Below, one piece after another: positions 18,794-25,796 of a stretch of 50,303 nucleotides of DNA. Within the stretch, counting starts at the first letter, position 1, and every line of letters begins with the position of its first letter. The notes beneath the pieces were generated by a model that saw only the letters and a program-made list of their open reading frames with translations, was not told where the DNA came from and made no database searches. The DNA is taken from the NCBI GenBank assembly GCA_027491735.1, contig JAOZGP010000028.1:1-50303 (forward strand). Reading direction: 5' to 3'. This DNA is from Thermoproteota archaeon. Lineage in GTDB: Archaea > Korarchaeota > Korarchaeia > Korarchaeales > Korarchaeaceae. The translations under genes and the position numbers were made by a program.

Positions 18794-19465
18794 ATGGTCA
18801 GGATAACCTATCTTGGTCACTCCGCCTTCCTCGTGAAGAAAGAGGGAAAGAGCGTTATGTTCGATCCCTGGATCTCCGACAGCCCAACATGCCCTAAGAA
18901 GCTGGATGATCTCGAGGGAGCGGATGTTTATGTTGTAAGCCATAGCCACGGAGATCATGGTCTTGAAGATGCCATAAGATTGTCATCTGAGAGAGGGGGC
19001 AAGATTGTGGGCATATATGAACTCGCCAACTATGCAGCTGAGAGAGGTGCGAAAGCCGTCGGGGCCAATATCGGAGGAGCTTTTGAGGTGGATGAGATAT
19101 CCATCAAGTTGACCCCCGCCATTCACAGCTCAGATCTTGGAGCTCCAACAGGATCGATTGTCAAAATTGGAGACCTAGTGATCTACCACGCCGGCGACAC
19201 CGATGTCTTCTATGACATGAAGCTCATAGGAGAGCTTTACAAGCCGGACGTAGCCATGCTTCCCATAGGAGGACACTTCACCATGGGCCCGCTCGAGGCA
19301 GCAAAGGCAGTGGAGCTTCTTGGGGTTAGGAGAGTTATTCCCATGCACTACGGAACTTTCCCAGTGCTATACGGAACTCCTGACAGGTTAAGGAAGGAGT
19401 TATCTGGTAGAGGAGTTGAGGCTGACGTCTTAGAAGTGAAACCAGGAGAGTCCTTGGAGGTGTGA
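18794..19465 (+). CDS. Metallo-beta-lactamase-fold hydrolase (UPF0173-like)
   Basis: LGHSAF, DPW, SHSHGDH, AIHSS, YHAGDT, LPIGGHFTM, PMHYGTFP. Confidence 0.9.
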   Translation: MVRITYLGHSAFLVKKEGKSVMFDPWISDSPTCPKKLDDLEGADVYVVSHSHGDHGLEDAIRLSSERGGKIVGIYELANYAAERGAKAVGANIGGAFEVDEISIKLTPAIHSSDLGAPTGSIVKIGDLVIYHAGDTDVFYDMKLIGELYKPDVAMLPIGGHFTMGPLEAAKAVELLGVRRVIPMHYGTFPVLYGTPDRLRKELSGRGVEADVLEVKPGESLEV

Positions 19466-19471
19466 GTTTGA

Positions 19472-19840
19472 ATGTCCCTCGAGCATCATCTGATAGGAGA
19501 GCTTTACGATGTAAGGAAGTACACCGTACTTAAATCCGCTGAGGAGATGAGATCTCTTCTCTTGACAATTTCCAGGACTCTGGAAGAGGAACCCCTAGCC
19601 GTTCATGTGCATGAGTTTGAGCCCTACGGCTTAAGTAGTTTTCTCTTAATGGATAGGGGATACGTGGCGATACACACGTGGCCAGAGCACTCGTATGCCT
19701 GCGCCAATGTCGTCAGCTATGAGAAGGAGGACTGGTGCTGGAAGACCTTTGACGTGGTGGCCTCATTGCTGGAACCTGGATCAAGAACTGCTCTTGTGGT
19801 CAAGAGCGGTGTTGGTCTGAGAGGCCCGCTTGATAGCTAG
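19472..19840 (+). CDS. Pyruvoyl-dependent S-adenosylmethionine/arginine decarboxylase homologue lacking the self-cleavage site
   Basis: HLIGELY, H.FEPYG and IHTWPE..YA are present, but ESH is replaced by RGY (19655-19663). Confidence 0.8.
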   Translation: MSLEHHLIGELYDVRKYTVLKSAEEMRSLLLTISRTLEEEPLAVHVHEFEPYGLSSFLLMDRGYVAIHTWPEHSYACANVVSYEKEDWCWKTFDVVASLLEPGSRTALVVKSGVGLRGPLDS

Positions 19841-21145
19841 ATCAGTTGCATAACGAGGGACTTTACCCACGATCTCCAGAAGTCTCCCCCTCAGATGGTT
19901 ACTCCTGGCCTCTTCTATGAGCACTCTCACCATAAGGCCTTCTCTTAGTTTTGAGGATCTAATACGAACAGGTCGATAAAAGAGAGTTCTCGCTTGGAAC
20001 AGGTCCTTGGAGAACCTCCTCACCACAAGGGCCGGATATTCCCTACCCACGTGAAGAGTATTTCTGATCATCTTAACTTTATATGCGAGCTCGGAAAGCT
20101 TCTTGCTTCTCCTTTTAATGATCCGAGGATCCTTCTGATTCATAAGAGCCACTGGAGTTAGAGGGCGAGGAGCAAACTTGCTTATGTTGATCACTTCCGG
20201 TTTAACTATCTCTATAACCCTCATTGTGGCCTCAAAATCCTCCTCATCTTCCGTTGGGAAGCCCACTATGACATCCGTTGATATCGTACAGAGATCTCCG
20301 AACTTGTTTCTTATCGCATCAACAACCTCCAAGAACTGGTTTACGCTGTATCTCCTCCGCATCCATCCCAGCACTTTATCGCTTCCGCTCTGAACCGGTA
20401 TGTGAAAGAACTTGTAGAACTTCTTGTCCTCGAAAGCTGATAGAAGGCATTCTATTTGAGAGATCACGAAGTGAGGGTTCATCATGCCAACTCTTATGAA
20501 GAAAAGCCCGCGAATTCTCGCTATCTCCTTGAGAAGAGAGGCTAAGTTCGTTCCTATATCGAGCCCATAGGCACCCATGTCCTCGGAAGTGAGGAAGATC
20601 TGCGGATAGCCCTCCTTCACTGCCCTCTTGATCTCAGAGATTATGAGATCCCGTGGATAACTCCTCAGTTTTCCCCTAGCGAATCTGGTTATGCAGTAGG
20701 AGCACTCACCGAGACATCCTTCCGAGACGGGGATCACTGATGTCACCCTGTCCATTCTGAGGCGGGGCATGGAGACCTTGATCAGCTCCCCGTCCTCGAG
20801 AAGAACAAACTCCTCCCCCCTCAGAGCATGTGCTACTGCATCCACTATCTTGTCTATCGACTTAGGTCCTATCAGAACTTTTGAATATCTGTTCAACAGA
20901 TACGGCTGCGTTTTGGCCATACAACCGGCCACAATGAGGGGTTTCTTGAGAAGGCTCAGTTTCTTAGCCCTGTGAATCATCCGCTGCTCTGTGGATCCCT
21001 TCACATTGCAGGTGTTTAGGATTATCACGTCCGCTTCCTCCTCGCTGTTCACGATCTCAAAACCCGCTGAGAGAAGAAGCCCAGCCATTATCTCGGAGTC
21101 GGATCTGTTCATCGAACATCCATGAGTCTCTATATAGACCTTCAA
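19781..21145 (-). CDS. mtaB: tRNA t6A37 methylthiotransferase (archaeal MtaB/CDKAL1 type)
   Basis: ETHGCSMN, NTCNVK, VAGC, radical SAM CLGECSYC, RVGMMNP, HIPVQSGS, C-terminal TRAM-like domain. Confidence 0.9.
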   Translation of the reverse strand: MKVYIETHGCSMNRSDSEIMAGLLLSAGFEIVNSEEEADVIILNTCNVKGSTEQRMIHRAKKLSLLKKPLIVAGCMAKTQPYLLNRYSKVLIGPKSIDKIVDAVAHALRGEEFVLLEDGELIKVSMPRLRMDRVTSVIPVSEGCLGECSYCITRFARGKLRSYPRDLIISEIKRAVKEGYPQIFLTSEDMGAYGLDIGTNLASLLKEIARIRGLFFIRVGMMNPHFVISQIECLLSAFEDKKFYKFFHIPVQSGSDKVLGWMRRRYSVNQFLEVVDAIRNKFGDLCTISTDVIVGFPTEDEEDFEATMRVIEIVKPEVINISKFAPRPLTPVALMNQKDPRIIKRRSKKLSELAYKVKMIRNTLHVGREYPALVVRRFSKDLFQARTLFYRPVRIRSSKLREGLMVRVLIEEARSNHLRGRLLEIVGKVPRYATDLAIKRASQTNTALDHKSSS

Positions 21146-21147
21146 CC

Positions 21148-21432
21148 CTATCTCCCTCCAAATATGTCAGCTATCAGCTTGTTAACACTTCTCTTGCCAG
21201 CCCTGCTCACCAGAACGGTGCTCACCAATGAGGAGGCCATACTATAGACGTGTTTGCTGAAGGTCACGAGAACGGAATCATTGGGAAGCGATTTCAGATC
21301 CTCCGGCTTATGGACATCGATCCACAGTACCCTGTAACCGAGGATCGCAAGCCTCCTCTTCGCCCTGAAGAAAACCTCCCGTGGAACGGTTTTGTCGAAG
21401 ACCACCACCCTTCGGACTTCGTCAGGCTTCAT
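21148..21432 (-). CDS. Small hypothetical protein (weak PIN/Mut7-C-like pattern)
   Basis: Translationally coupled between dtdA and mtaB; VVFD..V...L..LGY...LVT pattern. Confidence 0.6.
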   Translation of the reverse strand: MKPDEVRRVVVFDKTVPREVFFRAKRRLAILGYRVLWIDVHKPEDLKSLPNDSVLVTFSKHVYSMASSLVSTVLVSRAGKRSVNKLIADIFGGR

Positions 21433-22235
21433 TTCAGAACCTTTTTTACTTTTATGGTCTCTACACTAATTTCCTCTAGCATCAATGTTATCTTATCCTT
21501 TAAGGAGCTTCTTATGCTTTTCCAGTCCAACAAAGCCACATTGGCCTTTGGATCGCTTCTCATGAATGCAGATCTGAGGAGGGGAAGATCCACCTCACTC
21601 AGGTCGTAGTTTCTTATTATGTGTCCCAGAGCGTAGTCCGAGAGCAGCTGAATCCTCGTGAAGTGGTGATTGATGTGAGGCCCGCCTATGCCCACCGCCG
21701 GACGGAAGTTCTCACCCAGGAACCTCTTTAGAGCTCTCATAACGGCTTTAGCAACTATCTCTCCAGCTAGAGGATCAGTCCACTCCTCTTCGGAACATCC
21801 TATCTCCACGAAAGCTGTAGGGACGTCGAGAGAGGGGCCGTGGTGTGTGGGCTCCATGGCCACCTCAAACCTGGTTCCCTCGGTAAGTATCTTGGCCTCC
21901 TGGATGAACGCCTTGAGGAAAAGGGGAGGTGCCACGCTCACCTTCCTGGGAAGCCCTCCATATCTCGCCTCTCCGAAGTTTCCAGGGACATGAGCAGTTA
22001 TTATTGGAAAGCCAGGTGTTCCACTGTGCCTCGAGAGAAATACCACCATATCGGCCTCCGGACTGAGTTCCTCGTGACTCTTGACATGTAGATGAAGCTT
22101 ATCTATATTTAGGACCAAGACCTCAATTCTTCCGCATGTGAACCTCCTCCCAGCGATTTCAAGCACCCTTCTCCCTATGTTCAGGGAAGCGGGATCACCG
22201 GATGATATCACTAAGCACACGTTCCTGACGTGCAT
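21429..22235 (-). CDS. dtdA: D-aminoacyl-tRNA deacylase (archaeal DtdA/DTD2)
   Basis: DPAS.NI, FLSRHS, TAHVPGN, EPTHHGP, FVEIG..E.EW, GIGGPH, GHII. Confidence 0.92.
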   Translation of the reverse strand: MHVRNVCLVISSGDPASLNIGRRVLEIAGRRFTCGRIEVLVLNIDKLHLHVKSHEELSPEADMVVFLSRHSGTPGFPIITAHVPGNFGEARYGGLPRKVSVAPPLFLKAFIQEAKILTEGTRFEVAMEPTHHGPSLDVPTAFVEIGCSEEEWTDPLAGEIVAKAVMRALKRFLGENFRPAVGIGGPHINHHFTRIQLLSDYALGHIIRNYDLSEVDLPLLRSAFMRSDPKANVALLDWKSIRSSLKDKITLMLEEISVETIKVKKVLK

Positions 22236-22334
22236 TACTGAGATCGAGGTGAACTATATATAAAATGAGGTCTGGCCAGTGGATGGAGCGTTTGTTTCAG
22301 CACTGCCTCTCCGGGGGGATATCAATTAAGGAGA

Positions 22335-23099
22335 ATGAGGGGTCATTCGATGAGCGATTTTCAGGAGATGAGGGAATGCATTGAGGAGAGTTACGGGAGA
22401 AGGTTGGAGGAGCGTATGAGGAGGAGCTCTGACAAACACTACATCCTAGGACTTGCTCTCTCCCCTACTACGATAGCGATCATAACGCTCATAGCCCTAC
22501 TCCCCTTGAGCAGGACTCCCCTAGCTTTTCTCCTTGTGGGTTTCACGTTCGTGGTTGTAGGTCCTATAGCTCTTGTGATCAGAGAGGCGAGAAATAAAAA
22601 AACTGATCTTATGGTCTCGAGAAGGGAGAAGAGGAACTCTTTTCTCTTAGCAGCTGTTTTAAGCTATACAATTGGGTTATTCTTGTACTGGGTCATGGGC
22701 AGCGCTGTGGGGGTTGCACTGGCAGCTTCCTATCTCTTCGTCACCCTGGCCGTTCTCCTGATAAACAAGAAATATACCAAAATAAGTATTCACTCAGCGG
22801 GTGTCTCCGGACCGTTAACCCTCCTAGTCCTCGTGAGATCCCCTGCCGCTGCGATCTTACTGATGATGGCCCCACTGATACTCTGGTCCCGGTACAAAGT
22901 CAGAGCTCACTCCAAAGAGCAACTATTTCTGGGATTCTTTGTTGGCCTCTTCATCACTCTGATCGTCTTTTTGTTTTTCTTCAGTTTTTTCAACAATCTT
23001 TACGATATTTGTAGCGACTGTCAGGAACTCAAGTGCTATCTTCGTCTCGGGCCTCTCCAAGACCACGGGCTTACCCTCATCCGTGAGCTCAGCTACTAG
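22335..23099 (+). CDS. Membrane protein, PAP2-phosphatase-like
   Basis: Multiple TM helices; KISIHSAG and WSR...RAH...Q motifs. Start uncertain. The 3' end overlaps mrp antisense. Confidence 0.65.
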   Translation: MRGHSMSDFQEMRECIEESYGRRLEERMRRSSDKHYILGLALSPTTIAIITLIALLPLSRTPLAFLLVGFTFVVVGPIALVIREARNKKTDLMVSRREKRNSFLLAAVLSYTIGLFLYWVMGSAVGVALAASYLFVTLAVLLINKKYTKISIHSAGVSGPLTLLVLVRSPAAAILLMMAPLILWSRYKVRAHSKEQLFLGFFVGLFITLIVFLFFFSFFNNLYDICSDCQELKCYLRLGPLQDHGLTLIRELSY

Positions 23100-23801
23100 T
23101 GGATCAAAGGGTATCCTTCCGAGAATAGGAACTTTGGTCTTCTTTGAAACTTCCTCGGTCCAGTTACCACCGAACATCGGTACTTCCTGCCCTCCTGGAC
23201 AGATGAAGTAGCTCATGTTTTCCACTATGCCGAGAACCCTTATCCCCATCTTTTTAACCATGTTTATGGCCCTCTCAACGTCCATTAGAGCTAAGCGCTG
23301 AGGCGTTGTGACTATAACGACACCATCCAGCTGAAAGCTCTGCATTATCGTAAGGGGTTCGTCGCTGGTTCCTGGTGGAAGATCCACCACTAAGTAGTCT
23401 AAGTACCTCCAGTCAACCTGGTCCATCAGCTGTTGGATGGCTCTCGTCTTGAGGGGGCCTCTCCAGACTATGGGTATTCCCTCTCCCACGAGCAAGGCCA
23501 TAGAGGCCACAGCTATCCCGTCCTTAGTCTTGTACGGAAGAATTCTGTCCCCCACTACCATGAATTGACCACCTTCGGCTCCTATGGCTCTCACTACATT
23601 GGGTCCAGTGACATCTGCATCGAAGATCCCTACCTGATAACTCATCTTCGATAGCGCCGCTGCGAGGTTCACCGAAACCGTGGTTTTTCCAACACCCCCT
23701 TTGCCGCTCATGACGGCGATTATATGCCCGATATTTTCCATCTTACGGGGAGAAGGCACACTCCCCGGAATTGATGATCGTTCAGACACTTTTAGGCTCA
23801 C
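22923..23801 (-). CDS. mrp: Mrp/NBP35/ApbC Fe-S cluster carrier ATPase
   Basis: SGKGGVGKT, DADVTGP, WRGP, DLPPGTSD, VTTPQ, VENMS..CP. Confidence 0.93.
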   Translation of the reverse strand: MSLKVSERSSIPGSVPSPRKMENIGHIIAVMSGKGGVGKTTVSVNLAAALSKMSYQVGIFDADVTGPNVVRAIGAEGGQFMVVGDRILPYKTKDGIAVASMALLVGEGIPIVWRGPLKTRAIQQLMDQVDWRYLDYLVVDLPPGTSDEPLTIMQSFQLDGVVIVTTPQRLALMDVERAINMVKKMGIRVLGIVENMSYFICPGGQEVPMFGGNWTEEVSKKTKVPILGRIPFDPLVAELTDEGKPVVLERPETKIALEFLTVATNIVKIVEKTEEKQKDDQSDEEANKESQK

Positions 23802-23927
23802 CTAGCTCAAGGTGACCTGAAGTTCCCTTTTTAACTTTACTCGGCCAGAACAGGCTTCTGATAAGGTTTTATTTGATGAAACCCATTACCTTCAACAGAA
23901 CAGATGAAATCTGTTACTCCTCGAAGA

Positions 23928-24006
23928 GGGCCCGTAGCTCAGCATGGATCAGAGCGGCGGCCTTCGGAGCCGCAGGTCGCGGGTTCAAGTCCCGCCGGGC
24001 CCGCCA
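23928..24006 (+). tRNA. tRNA-Arg (anticodon TCG), intronless, with genome-encoded CCA
   Basis: Acceptor stem GGGCCCG/CGGGCCC, anticodon arm GCGGC-CTTCGGA-GCCGC, T arm GCGGG-TTCAAGT-CCCGC, 3' GCCA. Confidence 0.97.
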
Positions 24007-24438
24007 CGTAGAATCACCTTATAAGCTTCTTCATTCCCCAGGAGAACAACGATCAAGAGGTGCCAGCAAGTTCTCAGCTCAGCCATGATGTGAGATTTTT
24101 CACCCCCACATGAGAGGCCCTGATGAGGTCCGGCTGACGAGACCGAGCGGGGGCTGAGGGCTCCTCAAGGCGGCTTGAGCGATCTGACCGTATCCGACCA
24201 CCTTGGAGAGAGAACTGTGGGGATGTTGAGGATGTGCAAGTCTGCTTCCTTCCGACTCGGCCACAGGAGCCGCGCCATGGGGCCACATGCCCGCTCATCT
24301 CAATACATAGCTCCACCAACCCTCGCATATACAGCGTGGAAAATCCAGCTTTCGTTAGAATGAGGGACCTTCTCAGGCTTACAGGTGAAGAGGCGTCACA
24401 CTCAAAGAATAAAAAGAGGGATGACGGGATGTTCAAGC

Positions 24439-24669
24439 TTACTTCTTGAGGATCTGCTCCACCGCCAGTTCTATATCAGCGTTCGTGACAGTTTTTCTCT
24501 TGGAGCGCTTAGCTATGTTCACGGCGTACTTCGAGACCTCCGCCGCTAATTTCTCCATGTGATATGCGAGTCTCTCTCTGGCCTTATCGCTGACCCTCTC
24601 AGCTCCAGCGTCCTTTATTATTCTATAAACTGGTGCTAGAGGAAGATATCTAGCCTCCTTCTCCGGCAT
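24439..24669 (-). CDS. Archaeal histone (HMf family)
   Basis: LPLAPVYRIIKDAGAERVS..A and KRKTV...DIELA histone-fold signature; AGGTGA upstream. Confidence 0.95.
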   Translation of the reverse strand: MPEKEARYLPLAPVYRIIKDAGAERVSDKARERLAYHMEKLAAEVSKYAVNIAKRSKRKTVTNADIELAVEQILKK

Positions 24670-24722
24670 AATCTCACCTTTCCCTTTAATCCGGTGATCT
24701 GTTTAAGCATAGCATGGATTAT

Positions 24723-24730
24723 CTTTTAAA
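24723..24730 (-). promoter_or_regulatory. Putative TATA box of the histone gene
   Basis: TTTAAAAG on the minus strand, about 55 nt upstream of the ATG. Confidence 0.4.
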
Positions 24731-25112
24731 TCTTGTTGAGTTAGTGGCTGATAGGGTGGATTTATCCCACTGAAGAACCGAGTCGAGAGAGCAGAGCCAA
24801 TTGTGGTCAAAATCCATTTCGATTATTTATTTTTATAAACTTTTTAATACGTCTGTTCTAAAAGGCAACAAATTGTTTTCAAGTCTGAGGAGATCTTACG
24901 AGAGCTAAGACTGAGGCGGATGTAGAAACGAAGGCCATTATCTCGCTATCTCGCCAAAAAGATCTGATGATGTTGTTTGAGGAAGATGCGCTTCCAACCA
25001 CACATCAACCCGCTTCAACACGCCCGTGGTCTGAGAAGTTGTATCGGCGATGATTGAGAGAATAAGGCAAATTTATTTAGCTCTCAAAGGGGATATTTTT
25101 CACAGGATCTCG

Positions 25113-25796
25113 ATGCAGATAGCTTGCTCCACGGAGTTCTTTTGGGGAGTCGGCATCTCAGCTGCTGCTTCCGCTCTGAGGTCCATGGGTGTGAGGAGCA
25201 TAGGTTTATTCTTGGATCTGGAGTACCTTCCGAGGAGGATCTCGCGAAGGGAGCTGCTCTCACTCAGGTCCTTGGGCCGAGGATCTGTTGACTTCATTGT
25301 GATAGCACCTGAAAGAGATGTGAACGCTTCTAGCACGAACGATTACATAGCGAACGCCTCGATCAGATGCATAATCGACTCAATAGATGTAGCCAAGAGT
25401 CTGGGTTCCAAGCTGTGCGTGGTTGACCTTGGATACCCGACGCTTGATCTTGAGTCCTTCAGGGTCAGATTCAGAAGAGCGCTTCGTGAAATTCTCTCAG
25501 TGGAGTACAGACAGGTATGCATCAAGCTCAGCCAACCGGATCTCCAAGCCAACCTTATAAGCTCGGATATTCCTGTTGCTGTTTATCTTGAGGATCTAAA
25601 ATTTCTGGACAGGATGAGGGTTGAAGTTATCATTGTGGAGGTGCCCTTTGACGACAGAGGAGCGAAGCTGCTGAGAGAATTGAGGGGGTTCGGAGGATAC
25701 TTGCTGCTCAGACCAGCGGAACTGAAGTACTCGGAGGGTCTTCTCAGGAAGTACCTTCTCTATTTAAGGGAGCTTTTGACTGGGTTGGAGTTATGA
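25113..25796 (+). CDS. Divergent xylose-isomerase/AP-endonuclease-2-like TIM barrel protein
   Basis: DVNASS....IANASIRCIIDSIDVAKSLGSKLCVVDLG resembles the family pattern N.AS....R..SI......I..A..LGA..VV.H.G, but the metal ligands appear lost. Start could be 25050. Confidence 0.6.
   Translation: MQIACSTEFFWGVGISAAASALRSMGVRSIGLFLDLEYLPRRISRRELLSLRSLGRGSVDFIVIAPERDVNASSTNDYIANASIRCIIDSIDVAKSLGSKLCVVDLGYPTLDLESFRVRFRRALREILSVEYRQVCIKLSQPDLQANLISSDIPVAVYLEDLKFLDRMRVEVIIVEVPFDDRGAKLLRELRGFGGYLLLRPAELKYSEGLLRKYLLYLRELLTGLEL

Noticed and set aside
23975-24006. tRNA 3' end as the att site of an integrated element
   Set aside because: No second copy of the tRNA 3' end and no integrase were seen in the window.
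24113-24150. Hammerhead-ribozyme-like CTGATGA followed by a GGTC/GACC stem
   Set aside because: The stem is followed by GAGC rather than the required GAAA, and no stem III/NUH cleavage site could be built.
24150-24420. SRP (7S) RNA on the minus strand
   Set aside because: The helix-8-like motif lacks the upstream CAGG and a good stem, there is no clear helix 6, and the Alu-to-helix-8 spacing looks too short. Kept only as an alternative in the findings.
24964-25034. Possible box C/D sRNA (CTGATGA ... CTGA)
   Set aside because: No recognisable internal D'/C' boxes and no identifiable rRNA/tRNA-complementary guide.
24670-25049. AT-rich intergenic region as a replication origin
   Set aside because: No repeated ORB-like motifs seen; the divergent promoters of the histone and TIM-barrel genes explain it.
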